A DNA stretch of 64,000 nucleotides, from positions 288,001 through 352,000 of the forward strand of contig CAVYRF010000002.1 of NCBI GenBank assembly GCA_963770895.1. Reading direction: 5' to 3'. The stretch's first letter is position 1. Each line of letters begins with the position of its first letter. The notes beneath the pieces were generated by a model. It saw nothing but the letters and a program-made list of their open reading frames with translations, was not told where the DNA came from and ran no database searches. Below, piece after piece: positions 54,221-64,000 of this stretch. This stretch comes from an uncultured Acidobacteriota bacterium. Its GTDB lineage: Bacteria; Acidobacteriota; Thermoanaerobaculia; Multivoradales; UBA5704. The position numbers and the translations under genes were made by a program.

Positions 54221-56125
54221 TTACGAGGCGCCGCGCTTGGCGTCCTTAAGAATCACGTCGGCCGCCTTTTCGCCGATCATGTAGACAGACGTGACGATAA
54301 AAAAGCCCGGAATGCGGGGAAACACCGAGGCGTCGACCACCCGCAGGCCGGATACGCCGTGGACGCGAAAATCGCTGCCCACGACGCCGCCCTGATCGCG
54401 GGCGCCGATCGGGCAGGTGCACGATGCGTGGTGACCCCAGGCGTTGTTGCGCACGAACGTCCTGAGCTCGTCGTCCGTCTGCACGTCGTCGCCCGGCAGC
54501 TCCTCCTTGGCGATCAGGTTGCGCTTCTTCAGGTCGGCGGTCAGGGTGCGCACGTACTTGATGCCTTCGACGACCGAAGCCAGGTCGTCGCCCGCGGTGT
54601 CGGTGCCCTCTTCGAAATAGTGGAAGTTGATCAGCGGCGCCTGGCGCGGATCGGTCGAGCGCAGCACCACCTCGCCGGCGTGGTTCTGGGTGTGCGCCTT
54701 GAGGATCGCCCAGGTCAGGTAGTTGAGGTTCTCGGCGAACAGCGTCGAGTAGGTCGGGAAGTACCCCTTGAACAGGCCGAGCAGCGCAAAGCAGAACAGG
54801 TCGGGCAGCGGCCGCTGCGGCAGCGACTTCTTGATGATCGCCAGGACCGCGCCGTTGGTCGTATAGACCCCCTTGCGCGGCGTCTGCGCCCACTGCTCGT
54901 ATTGCGGATCGCCCTTGGAAAACTTGGCGCCCTTGAGCACCCACCAGGCGGAAAAATTCATCCGGTTGACGACGCCCACCTCGTAACGGTCCTGCAGGTT
55001 CTTGCCCACCGGCAGGTCCACCCGCACCGCGATGCCGAACTGGTCGAGCACGGCGCGCGGCCCGATGCCCGAAAGCATCAGCAGCTGCGGCGTGTTGAAG
55101 GCGCCGCCGCACAGGATCACCTCGCGCGAGGCGCGCACCGTGCGCAGCTCGCCGGCGGCCGTCGCCGCGGCGCCATCGGCCCGGTACAGCCGCTCGCCCT
55201 TCAAGTATTCGACGCCGACGGCGCGCCCGCCGTCGTCGAACAGCACCCGCGTCGCCAGGGCGTCCAGCTCGATGCGCAGCCGGTCCGGGTACTTCTGCGC
55301 CACGTCCAGCAGCCGCTCGCGCGAACCATGGCGCTGGTGGCCGTTGGTGGCGAGCGGCGGATAGCGGATGCCCACGGCGTTGGCTTCGTTCAGCCGCCAG
55401 TCGTTGGGGTCCGCCTGGCCCTGGATCAGCCAGCGCACGCGCTCGAACTTGTCACCCCCTTCGTCCGCGGCGTGGTTGATCGATTCGAGCAGGCATTCCA
55501 CCAGGTCGCGGTCGTCGAAGGCGGCTTCGGGGATCGCCTTTTCGGTGTGCAGCCAGCCCTTCCAGCCGTGCCGCGTGGGGTTGATGCCGAGCTTGCTCAG
55601 CCACCGGTAGGGAATGCGGTGATGGCAGTTTTCCAGGCGCTCGAAGTAGCGGCGCATGGCGTCGGCCTTCCACGAATCGTCACCGGTCGCCGCGGCGATC
55701 TGGTTCCAATCGTCGTTGTGCGGGTAGACGGTGATCATGGCGTTGTGCGCCGTGCAGCCGCCCAACGTGCCGGCGCGGGGATAGAACACGCCGTCGACGT
55801 TGACGCCCTCCCAGGTCTGCCGGTACTTTTCGTCGCGGCGCTGCTGCTCCAGGTCGGCGTAGTGGCGAACGTAAAAGTCCCACTTCATCGCCACGTTCTC
55901 GGTCGAGATGGCGTGGAACACCGGCACGTCGTAGTCGTCCGGCAGGCGGTTGCCGGTCGGATCCAGGGCGTCGCCGCCGGCGAGCCGCCGCGGGTCGCCG
56001 CCGGCCTCCAGCAGCACCACCTTGTGGCCGCTCTCGGCCAAGCGCGCCGCCAGCGTGCCGCCGCCGGCGCCCGAGCCGACGACGACGTATTCGCAATCAG
56101 CCTGGCCTGCGATCTGGTCGCTCAT
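54221..56125 (-). CDS. GMC family oxidoreductase
   Basis: VVGSGAGG, YPRAGTLGGCTAHNAM, GAFNTPQLLMLSGIG, VGKNLQD, WGHHASCT, LRVVDASVFP. Confidence 0.92.
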   Translation of the reverse strand: MSDQIAGQADCEYVVVGSGAGGGTLAARLAESGHKVVLLEAGGDPRRLAGGDALDPTGNRLPDDYDVPVFHAISTENVAMKWDFYVRHYADLEQQRRDEKYRQTWEGVNVDGVFYPRAGTLGGCTAHNAMITVYPHNDDWNQIAAATGDDSWKADAMRRYFERLENCHHRIPYRWLSKLGINPTRHGWKGWLHTEKAIPEAAFDDRDLVECLLESINHAADEGGDKFERVRWLIQGQADPNDWRLNEANAVGIRYPPLATNGHQRHGSRERLLDVAQKYPDRLRIELDALATRVLFDDGGRAVGVEYLKGERLYRADGAAATAAGELRTVRASREVILCGGAFNTPQLLMLSGIGPRAVLDQFGIAVRVDLPVGKNLQDRYEVGVVNRMNFSAWWVLKGAKFSKGDPQYEQWAQTPRKGVYTTNGAVLAIIKKSLPQRPLPDLFCFALLGLFKGYFPTYSTLFAENLNYLTWAILKAHTQNHAGEVVLRSTDPRQAPLINFHYFEEGTDTAGDDLASVVEGIKYVRTLTADLKKRNLIAKEELPGDDVQTDDELRTFVRNNAWGHHASCTCPIGARDQGGVVGSDFRVHGVSGLRVVDASVFPRIPGFFIVTSVYMIGEKAADVILKDAKRGAS

Positions 56126-56135
56126 CGCTCCCCCC

Positions 56136-58595
56136 TTAGAACGTCTTCAGGAACTCGATCAGCGCCCGCTTGTCGTCGTCGCTCAAGGCGGGCTCTTCCT
56201 TGAAGAAGCTGGTGCCGAAGTAGTGGCCGCGATTGACCACGAAGTCGGGACACTTGCTGAGCCCCAGAAGCGGCTGCGCCAGCGGCTTGAACGCGGCCAG
56301 CGCCTGCTCCTCCGTGGGGTTGGCCGGCAGCGTCAGCAGCGCCTTGTTCAGCTTGCCGAGCACGTCGATCAGCTGCGCGTCGTGCCTGGCCTTGGCGTCG
56401 GGGCTCATGTCCTCGGGCACCAGGTCGATGTTGGCGATCAGGTTGACCGGCGTGCCCTTGGGGATCGGCCCGATCTGGATGCCGCCGTTGCCGACGAGCG
56501 ACGGGAACAGCGCCTTGACGATCGGCGCCAGGTCGGGCGCGAAGGACGGCAGGTAGCCGGCGGCGACGCGGAAGTAGCTGGGGACGGTGGTGCGATCGAT
56601 GGTGCCCGGCACCTTGTCGCCCAGCACGCTGTCCTTGTCGCGCTTTTCGGGCCACAGCATCTGTTCGATCGAATCCTGGAAGGAGTCCATGCGCCCGGCG
56701 ACCGACGGCGACGGGTTGAACTTGCCGACGCTGTTGTTGAGCAGGAAGGGGGCCGTGGACCAGGCGCTGATCAGCGAAGCCGGCCGCGTATAGCCGCGCC
56801 CGCCGGCCGGCATCTTGAACTGCCACGGCTCGCCGGTGAAGGGGTTGTGCACCGTGATCTCGCCCACCGAGGGCAGGTCCTTGTAGCTCTGCGAGCTGAA
56901 GTTGTCCCAGATGTTGCCGGCCACGGCGTTGGTCGCCAGCGGGCTGCAGGCGTTGGTCTGCAGCAGCGTCACCGGGATCCGCTGCTCAGTTGACAGGAAG
57001 TTGTCGGTGAGGAAGTCGTCGGCCAGCACGATGTCGCGCATCTGCTTCTTGAACTCGTCGGTCTTGGTCCACGTCCAGTAGCGGTTCCAGCAGTCCAGGT
57101 AGCCGGCGCCGGCGCAGCCGTCGGGATCCAGGCCCTGGGCGGGCTTGGGCAGCTTGCTGGAATGGCAGCGGGCGCAGGTTTCGGCGAACACCACCTTGCC
57201 GCGCGTCAGCTTGGCGGCGTCGGTCGTCAGGTAGGCGGCGCCGCCCGGAGCGTCCTTGAGCAGGTGCGGCGCGGTGGTCGCCAGGAAGAACTGCGCCAGG
57301 CCCACGGTCTGCGCCTCGGTCGCCTGCCAGTAGGAGGAGTTCTTTTCCGCCTTGGCGATCTCGATCGGGCTGATCGGCTTGCCACCCACCAGCGGATTGA
57401 AGTGCAGCAGCCACTCTTCGCTGAACAGGCCGATGTTGATGAAGACGCGGTTGAGGGCTCCCAGCGCCCCCACCGAGTCGCTGCCGTCCTTGAGCACGCG
57501 CGGCGTCCATACCGTGTCCGGCGCCTTGTACAGCTCGGTCAGCGGCCCGTCCTTCACATAGTCGTTGAACTGTTTGTTGCTCAGGTTGCCGCCGGCGATC
57601 GTCTCCTTGCCCCAGCGCTTGGCCATCCCCAGGCGGGCGCTCAAGCCGTAGATGGCATTCATCGTGCGCGGGTTGTTGATGTAGTCGGTCGACACCAGCG
57701 AGGTGTCCAGCGCGCCGGGCCGGGCGGTGTGGAACAGCTGCCACGGGAAGCTGGAAGGATCCTGCTGCCAGCCCAGCACGCGGTCGACCCAGAAGTACTG
57801 CGCGCCGACGTTCGAGCTCAGCTCTTCCCACTTGGGGTGGTTGGGGTCCGCGGGCGGCTGCACCGGGTTCGGCCCGACGTGGCAGAAGCCGCAGGACATG
57901 CCGACCCGGTAGGGCTTCACCAGGCTGTTGGAGTTGTAGTAGGTAGGGTCGTTGTAGTACCGCTCCGCCGACCAGGCTTGCGCCGCCTTCTCGTCGAAGT
58001 CGGGGTTGGGGAACAGGCGCAGGCCGACGATGCCGGTGCCCCAACCGTAGTAGGACCCGACCGGGACGTTCTTGCCGCGGGCGCCGATCTCAACCCCCGG
58101 ATACTTCTTGGCATCTTCGAACGGATCCGGCGGACAGTCGGAACGGCGCTTGTCCAGCCGCAGGCCGTAGCGGTCGGGGTCGGGTCCGGCCGGGGTGTCG
58201 TAGCAGGGCTCGTTGACCAAGCCGAACCAATCCCAGCGGTTGTCGCGGCCGCCCGCGAGCTTGCCCGGATAGGTGGAGACCACCTTCAGCATGTCGAGCG
58301 TGCCGACGCTCGCCTTGGCGATGTAATCCCAGAAGCGGTCGTTGCCGGCGGTCCAGACGATCCAGGTGTTGCGGCCCTGGATCTCCGCCGGCTGCAGGTG
58401 CCGCACGACGGCGCCGTTGCGGCAGCCGCCATCCATGCACTGGAAGTAATCCTCGTCGGCCCCCTTGAGCGAAGCCGCGTCGCGGCCGGCGCGCATCGCT
58501 TCGTCCGTCACATCCTGTTTTTTGGGGCAACCGAAAAGGGCGATCAGGCAGAGCGGCAAGACACAGCAGAATACGCGCGCGACGAAACGAGTCAT
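56136..58595 (-). CDS. Di-heme c-type lipoprotein, RoxA/MauG-like
   Basis: Lipobox LFGC; heme motifs CGFCH and CARCH; SLISAWSTAPFLLNNSVG; C-terminal NRGHYF...ALIEFLKTF; ATG at 58595. Confidence 0.8.
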   Translation of the reverse strand: MTRFVARVFCCVLPLCLIALFGCPKKQDVTDEAMRAGRDAASLKGADEDYFQCMDGGCRNGAVVRHLQPAEIQGRNTWIVWTAGNDRFWDYIAKASVGTLDMLKVVSTYPGKLAGGRDNRWDWFGLVNEPCYDTPAGPDPDRYGLRLDKRRSDCPPDPFEDAKKYPGVEIGARGKNVPVGSYYGWGTGIVGLRLFPNPDFDEKAAQAWSAERYYNDPTYYNSNSLVKPYRVGMSCGFCHVGPNPVQPPADPNHPKWEELSSNVGAQYFWVDRVLGWQQDPSSFPWQLFHTARPGALDTSLVSTDYINNPRTMNAIYGLSARLGMAKRWGKETIAGGNLSNKQFNDYVKDGPLTELYKAPDTVWTPRVLKDGSDSVGALGALNRVFINIGLFSEEWLLHFNPLVGGKPISPIEIAKAEKNSSYWQATEAQTVGLAQFFLATTAPHLLKDAPGGAAYLTTDAAKLTRGKVVFAETCARCHSSKLPKPAQGLDPDGCAGAGYLDCWNRYWTWTKTDEFKKQMRDIVLADDFLTDNFLSTEQRIPVTLLQTNACSPLATNAVAGNIWDNFSSQSYKDLPSVGEITVHNPFTGEPWQFKMPAGGRGYTRPASLISAWSTAPFLLNNSVGKFNPSPSVAGRMDSFQDSIEQMLWPEKRDKDSVLGDKVPGTIDRTTVPSYFRVAAGYLPSFAPDLAPIVKALFPSLVGNGGIQIGPIPKGTPVNLIANIDLVPEDMSPDAKARHDAQLIDVLGKLNKALLTLPANPTEEQALAAFKPLAQPLLGLSKCPDFVVNRGHYFGTSFFKEEPALSDDDKRALIEFLKTF

Positions 58596-58856
58596 GGCAT
58601 CGCTCCTCTGGCTGGACCACAGATGGGCAGCGCCTGGCGTGACAGGGTGGACCGTCCCCCGGCTTTGCCCGATCTTGCGTTCTTGGCTTGTCCAGAACAT
58701 TACCATATCCGCGCGATCACTGCAAGAGGATCTGCACGACAGCAAGGCAGGCAAGACAGCTACACCACGCGGGCGGTGCGAACCCCCCGGCGGGCACCCG
58801 GCGTCGGCGCAGGCCGCCGGGCCGCGCCGCCCGCGCGGCGAACGACGGGCGAACGG

Positions 58857-61013
58857 TCAGTCGAGGCGGACGGTGAGGCTGGCGGCCAGGCGCCGGAACT
58901 GGTCGACCCAGGCGACCGCCGCGGCATCGCCGGAGCGGCCGTCGCCGTCGCCCTGGGCGGCGGCGCGCCAGGCGGGATAGACGGTGTCGCGCAGCTCGCA
59001 GCAGAGGTGCTGCGCCTCCCAGAGGTTGACCGGGAAGGGCGCGTTGCGGGCCAGGGCGGCGCGGCCGGCGGCGGCGCCCAGCAGCTCCGGCGCGTCCGCG
59101 TCCTGCGCCTCGCCGGCGCGGTCGAGCAGCTGGCTGATGGATCGATCCAGGGCGGCGGCCAGCCCCGCGGCGTCCAACGCCACGCCCAGCTGCACGGCAC
59201 GCTGCAGGCAAAGGTCGATCTGGTCGGTGTCCGCCGCCGGGTCGGCGATCGCCGCGCGCAGCTCGCTGCCGACGGCGAAGCTGACCGCGGCGCCGTGCAG
59301 GGAGCGGTCGCGGTGGGCGGCGCGATCGAGCCGCGCCGGCAGCGCCGCGTGGCGGCGGACCACCGCCTCCAGCTCCTCCTCCAGCTGGCGCAGGGAGCCG
59401 GCCAGGGCGCCGGTCTGTTCGCCGGCGGCGGCCGCCGCCGGGCGCACACGCGCGTCGTACAGGTCGCGCCCGTTGCCGGCGGCGGGATCGTTGCTCCTGG
59501 CCCAGGCCAGGCGGCGGCGCAGCTCGCCTTCGCAGCGGCTGCCGCAGAGCTGGTCGGCAAGCTGCGCGGCGCGGCCGGCGTAGCGCATCACCTGCACCGG
59601 CTCGATGCCCGCGAGGTCGTCGAAGAACCAGCCGCAGCTGGTGAACATCAGCATGGCGTGGCGCTGCATCTCCAGCAGGGCCAGCCCGCGGGCGCGCCGG
59701 TCGCCGTCCGGGGTGACGCCGGCGGCGTGGCTTTCGAAAAAGGCGTCCATCGCCTCGGGCGACCGGTCCAGCACCAGCGCGATGTAGTCGTCGCGCGCCT
59801 GCCAGGGGTCGGCGAACAGCTCCCCCGCCGCCTGCTCGTAGAGCGGCGCCAGCTCGTCGCGCAGCTCGTCGAGCGCCTGGCGCAACGGCGCCCGCCAGGC
59901 CTGGTTCCAACCCGCGCCGCCGCCGATGCGGCAGCCGCAATCCTCGCGCCAGCGATCGATGCCGTGCACGCAGCTCCACGAGCTGTTCTCGACGATCTCG
60001 ACCTCGTCGAGCGGCGGCTGGCCGGCCAGGAACTCGGCGTAGTTGGTGAGGCGCGCGTAGCCGCTCTCTTCGATCTTTTGCAGCGCGTACGCCAGCGCCA
60101 TTTCGCCGTGCCGGTGGTGGTGGCCGTAGGTTTCGCCGTCGGAAGCGATGTGCACCAACCTGCTGGCGGCGCCCGCCGCGCCCGCCGCGGCGCCGGCCGC
60201 ACCACAGTGGTCGAACGCCGCCAGCAGACGGCCGGCAAAGCCTTCGCCGCTGGCCAGCAAGCGTTCGAACGCCACCCCGCGGGCGATCGGACCGTCGTAG
60301 AAGAACACCGCGATGCTGCGCCCCGAGGGCAGCCGCACGCGGTAGGGCAGCGTCGTGTCGATGCGCCCGCCGCTCACGTCGCGCCAGGCGCGCCCGTCGC
60401 CCTCGCTGCCGGCGCTACCGGCGGACGCCGCGGTCTGACCGCCGGCGGGCGGCGGCAGGGCGCGCACCCGCCGCGCCTGGTGCGGCTCGAGCACGGTGAA
60501 GCGCACGCCGTTCGCCGCCATCAGGTCCAGGCTCGCCAGGTCGACCGCCGTTTCGGGCAGCCACAGGCCGGCGGCGGGGCGGCCGAAGCGCTGCTCGAAA
60601 TCGCCCAGCCCCCAGACGATCTGCGTCTGCTTGTCGCGCCGGTTGGCGAGCGGCAGGATCATGTGGTTGTACGCCTGCGCCAGGGCCGACCCATGGCCCG
60701 CAAAGCGCTCGCGGCTGGCGCGGTCGGCCGCGAGCACCGCGGCGTACACCGCCGGCGCCGCCGCCTGCATCCAGGCCAGCAGCGTCGGCCCGAAGTTGAA
60801 GCTGATGCGGGCGTAGTTGTTGACCACGGCGGCGATCCAGCCGTCGCCGTCCAGGATGCGCGACGCCGCGTTGGGCGCGTAGCACTCGGCGGTGATGCGC
60901 TCGTTCCAATCGTGGTACGGCCGCGCCGACGCCTCGGGCTCGATCGCGTCCAGCCAGGGGTTGTCGCGCGGCGGCTGGTAGAAGTGGCCGTGGATGCAGA
61001 CGAACCGGTTCAT
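58857..61013 (-). CDS. Glycoside hydrolase family 57 / DUF3536 protein
   Basis: CIHGHFYQPPR.NPW, WLPETAVD, DGETYGHH, SWSCVHG..RW, MFTSCGWFFD; ATG at 61013. Confidence 0.9.
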   Translation of the reverse strand: MNRFVCIHGHFYQPPRDNPWLDAIEPEASARPYHDWNERITAECYAPNAASRILDGDGWIAAVVNNYARISFNFGPTLLAWMQAAAPAVYAAVLAADRASRERFAGHGSALAQAYNHMILPLANRRDKQTQIVWGLGDFEQRFGRPAAGLWLPETAVDLASLDLMAANGVRFTVLEPHQARRVRALPPPAGGQTAASAGSAGSEGDGRAWRDVSGGRIDTTLPYRVRLPSGRSIAVFFYDGPIARGVAFERLLASGEGFAGRLLAAFDHCGAAGAAAGAAGAASRLVHIASDGETYGHHHRHGEMALAYALQKIEESGYARLTNYAEFLAGQPPLDEVEIVENSSWSCVHGIDRWREDCGCRIGGGAGWNQAWRAPLRQALDELRDELAPLYEQAAGELFADPWQARDDYIALVLDRSPEAMDAFFESHAAGVTPDGDRRARGLALLEMQRHAMLMFTSCGWFFDDLAGIEPVQVMRYAGRAAQLADQLCGSRCEGELRRRLAWARSNDPAAGNGRDLYDARVRPAAAAAGEQTGALAGSLRQLEEELEAVVRRHAALPARLDRAAHRDRSLHGAAVSFAVGSELRAAIADPAADTDQIDLCLQRAVQLGVALDAAGLAAALDRSISQLLDRAGEAQDADAPELLGAAAGRAALARNAPFPVNLWEAQHLCCELRDTVYPAWRAAAQGDGDGRSGDAAAVAWVDQFRRLAASLTVRLD

Positions 61014-61015
61014 CG

Positions 61016-63085
61016 TCAAGCGGCGCCGGAATCGTCGGGCCGCGGCTGCCGCGCGGCCGGCTGGCACTGCAGGAAGACCGCCGCCAGCGGCGGCAGCGTC
61101 AGCGTCAGCGAATGGGCGCGGCCGTGCAGCGGCAGCGGCGACGCCTCCACCCCGCCCATGTTGCCCAAGCCGCCGCCGCCGTAGTGGCGGGCGTCGCTGT
61201 TGAGCAGTTCGCGCCAGAAGCCGCCGCTCGGCACGCCGATGCGATAGTTGTCGCGCGGCACCGGCGTGAAGTTGAACACCACGGCGACCGGCGCCGTGCC
61301 GGGTTCGCCCTGGCGCAGGAACGCCACGACGCTGTTTTCGGCGTCGTTGCCGTCGATCCACGCAAAGCCCGCCGCGGCGCAGTCCAGCTGGTGCATCGCC
61401 GGCTCGCCGCGATACAGGCGGTTGAGGTCCTCGACCCAGCGCGCCACCGCCGCGTGGTCGGGGTCGTCGAGCAGGTGCCAATCCAGGCTCCCCTCGTGGG
61501 TCCATTCGCTCTCCTGCGCCAGCTCGCCGCCCATGAACACCAGCTTCTTGCCGGGCTGGGCATACATCCAGGCGAACAGCAGGCGGAGATTGGCGAAGCG
61601 CTGCCAGCGGTCGCCCGGCATCTTGCCGAGCAGCGACCCCTTGCCGTACACCACCTCGTCGTGCGACAGCGGCAGCACGAAGTTTTCGCTCCAGGCATAG
61701 ATGCCGCGGAACGTCAGCTCGTTCTGGTGGAAGCGGCGGAACACCGGGTCCTTGGCCAGGTACGACAGCGAGTCGTGCATCCAGCCCATGTCCCACTTGT
61801 AGCCGAAGCCCAGCCCGCCCAGGTAGATCGGGCGCGACACCATCGGCCAGGCGGTGGACTCTTCGGCGATCGTCTGCACGCCGGGAAACTCGCGATAGAC
61901 GGCGCCGTTGAGCTCGCGCAGAAACTGGATCGCCTCCAGGTTCTCGCGCCCGCCGTGCTCGTTGGGCAGCCATTCGCCTTCCTGGCGCGAATAGTCCAGG
62001 TAGAGCATCGACGCCACGGCGTCCAGCCGCAGGCCGTCCGCATGGTAGTGATCGAGCCAGAACAGAGCGCTGCTGATCAGGAAGCTGCGCACTTCGCGGC
62101 GGCCGTAGTTGAAGATCAGGCTGCCCCAGTCCGGCTGGTAGCCCTTGCGCGGGTCGGCGTGCTCGAACAGGTGCGTGCCGTCGAAGAACGCCAGCCCGTG
62201 CTCGTCGGTCGGAAAGTGCGACGGCACCCAGTCGAGCAGCACGCCGATGCCGCGGCCGTGCAGGTAGTCGATCAGGTACATCAGGTCCTGCGGCGTGCCG
62301 TAGCGGCTGGTGGGAGAGAAGAAGCCGGTGTCCTGGTATCCCCACGAACCGTAGAAGGGGTGCTCCATGAGCGGCATCAGCTCGACGTGGGTGAAGCCCA
62401 TGCGCTCCACGTGGTCGGCCAGCCAGGGCGCGATCTCGCGGTAGCCGAGCGACCGGTTGCCCTCTTCGGGCACGCGCCGGAACGACCCCAGGTGCACCTC
62501 GTAGATCGACATCGGCGCGCCCAGCGCCTGGCGGGCGGCGCGGCCGGCCATCCACTCGCCGTCGCCCCAGGTGTACGCCAGGTCCCACACCACCGACGCC
62601 TGGCGCGGCGGCACCTCGCCGTGAAACGCCAGCGGATCGGCCTTGTCGACGCGGTAGGAACGGTAGAGCGACGCGATGTGGAACTTGTAGCGCGCCCCCT
62701 GGCCGACGCCCGGCACGAAGCCGTCCCACACCCCGGATTCGCCGCGCGCCGTCAGGCGGTTGGCGCCCTTGTCCCAGCCGTTCCAGTCGCCGATCACCGA
62801 GACCGTCTGGGCGTTGGGCGCCCACACGGCGAAACGCGTGCCGGCCGGGCTCGGGTGGGCGCCCAGGTGGCGGTACAGGCGATATTGGGTGCCCTCGTTG
62901 AAGAGGTAGAGATCGTCGGCGGTAATTTCCGGCAGTGCCGGCAGTGCCGGTGGTGCCGCCGGCGGCGACGCGATCGGCGCGATCGGTGCGACCGGCGGCG
63001 GCGCGATCGGCGCGATCGGCACGGCAGGCGACGGCGACGAAGGCATAGCCGGCGGCGCGGGCGCCCCGGACGTCAGGTCGGTCAT
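61016..63085 (-). CDS. glgB: 1,4-alpha-glucan branching enzyme
   Basis: [49 protein letters not shown]; ATG at 63085. Confidence 0.96.
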   Translation of the reverse strand: MTDLTSGAPAPPAMPSSPSPAVPIAPIAPPPVAPIAPIASPPAAPPALPALPEITADDLYLFNEGTQYRLYRHLGAHPSPAGTRFAVWAPNAQTVSVIGDWNGWDKGANRLTARGESGVWDGFVPGVGQGARYKFHIASLYRSYRVDKADPLAFHGEVPPRQASVVWDLAYTWGDGEWMAGRAARQALGAPMSIYEVHLGSFRRVPEEGNRSLGYREIAPWLADHVERMGFTHVELMPLMEHPFYGSWGYQDTGFFSPTSRYGTPQDLMYLIDYLHGRGIGVLLDWVPSHFPTDEHGLAFFDGTHLFEHADPRKGYQPDWGSLIFNYGRREVRSFLISSALFWLDHYHADGLRLDAVASMLYLDYSRQEGEWLPNEHGGRENLEAIQFLRELNGAVYREFPGVQTIAEESTAWPMVSRPIYLGGLGFGYKWDMGWMHDSLSYLAKDPVFRRFHQNELTFRGIYAWSENFVLPLSHDEVVYGKGSLLGKMPGDRWQRFANLRLLFAWMYAQPGKKLVFMGGELAQESEWTHEGSLDWHLLDDPDHAAVARWVEDLNRLYRGEPAMHQLDCAAAGFAWIDGNDAENSVVAFLRQGEPGTAPVAVVFNFTPVPRDNYRIGVPSGGFWRELLNSDARHYGGGGLGNMGGVEASPLPLHGRAHSLTLTLPPLAAVFLQCQPAARQPRPDDSGAA

Positions 63086-64000
63086 GCTTCCCCCTTGCGC
63101 CGCAGCTGGTTGATGCGCTGCAGCGGTTCCACCACCTCCGGGCGGCGGCTGAGCTCCTCGAAGGACAGCCGCGCCTTGCGGCGCCAGTTGGGGCGCTCGT
63201 CGTAGGTGCCGGGCACGTTTTGCGGCGCGGTCTCCCCCCAGAGGTCTTCCAGGTTGACCAGCACGACGCGTGCCGGGCTCTCCGCCAGGTGCTCCAGGCG
63301 GTCGCGCAGCACCAGCGGGTAGGGGTCGCTGCGCCCGTCCCATTCGCCGGGATGGCGCGCCGCCGCCATGGCGGCCATCTGGTGGCGCTCGCCGGCGCGC
63401 CGCTGGCGGTCGTCGCGCACCCGCGCCGCATCCAGAAAGCCCAGCGCCTCCAGGTCGTCCAGGTCGCGCCCCTCCCAGAAACCGCGGAAGGTCGGCATGT
63501 CGTGGGTGTTCAGGCTGGCCACCGACGGCGGCGGCGGCTCGCGCTGCAGGCCGCCGCCTCCCGGCGCCAGCTCGTACTGCATGACGTACATCCCCAGGAT
63601 GCCGTGGCGCTCCATCGACTCGCTCACCTCGGGCGGCACGGTGCCCAGGTTCTCGCCGACGATGAGCGCCTGGTGGCGGTGCGATTCGAGCGCCAGCACG
63701 GCGTACATCTCTTCGGCCGGATAGCGCACGTAGACGCCCTGCGCCGCCAGGCCGCCGCGCGGCACCCAGAACAGGCGATGCAGCTGCATCACGTGGTCCA
63801 GGCGCAGCACGCCGGCATGGCGCAGGTGGTGGCGCAGCGCCGCGATCAGATAGTCGTAGCCGCGCTCGCGCAGGCGCTCGGGGCGCAGCGGCGGAAAGCC
63901 CCAGTTCTGCCCCTTGGTGAAGAACGCGTCGGGCGGCGCGCCGGCCGTGGCGCCGTCGGCGAACAGATCGCGCTCCCGCCACACGTCGTAGGCGCTGCCG
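63082..64000 (-). CDS. malQ: 4-alpha-glucanotransferase, 5' end outside the window
   Basis: GAPPDAF...[33 protein letters not shown]...PNWR. Confidence 0.93.
   Translation of the reverse strand, partial: GSAYDVWRERDLFADGATAGAPPDAFFTKGQNWGFPPLRPERLRERGYDYLIAALRHHLRHAGVLRLDHVMQLHRLFWVPRGGLAAQGVYVRYPAEEMYAVLALESHRHQALIVGENLGTVPPEVSESMERHGILGMYVMQYELAPGGGGLQREPPPPSVASLNTHDMPTFRGFWEGRDLDDLEALGFLDAARVRDDRQRRAGERHQMAAMAAARHPGEWDGRSDPYPLVLRDRLEHLAESPARVVLVNLEDLWGETAPQNVPGTYDERPNWRRKARLSFEELSRRPEVVEPLQRINQLRRKGEA

Noticed and set aside
50204-56203. 1999-aa plus-strand ORF and other long antisense ORFs (e.g. 57162-61184, 385-2409)
   Set aside because: Shadow frames of real minus-strand genes in high-GC DNA; no motifs
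61014-63431. Long N-terminal extensions in the ORF track (GH57 1524 aa, GlgB 988 aa, HD-GYP 1035 aa, AroB 1032 aa, hydratase 1120 aa) read as fusions
   Set aside because: The extensions are Arg/Pro/Gly-rich off-frame readings of upstream genes; true starts are internal

Overview
A very GC-rich bacterial chromosomal window. Gene order and two lineage-typical signatures (an LxLxRET-leader peptide and a repeated C-terminal 'LCL..RF.V...ELVVK' domain) suggest Acidobacteriota, class Thermoanaerobaculia; this is inference. Left half is mostly housekeeping: lysS-lolC/E-lolD-clpC, purine nucleoside phosphorylase, tryptophan 2,3-dioxygenase, hpt, ridA, ltaE, ribD/ribE, ftsY, an HD-GYP protein, aroB, aspS, msrB and thiC. 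Right half holds an M14 peptidase, a GT-C glycosyltransferase, a secreted S1 protease, an anthraniloyl-CoA (abm-like) catabolic cluster, an intact ISAzo13-family element with TTA target duplication, ArsR/NIPSNAP and the malQ-glgB-GH57 glycogen genes. Best candidates for something new: (1) a tight four-gene operon (49967-58595) encoding a RoxA/MauG-like di-heme lipoprotein, a variant GMC flavoprotein, a catalase-fold protein with Met at the proximal Tyr position and a polytopic patatin/cPLA2-like lipase, possibly a lipid-oxygenation pathway; (2) an unannotated 57-aa RiPP-like precursor (30565-30738) with a palindromic operator and no maturase in the window; (3) a cassette inserted between ribD and ribE with its own promoter, an FG-GAP protein and a 58-aa secreted six-cysteine peptide. 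All calls come from motif recognition by eye; no searches were run.
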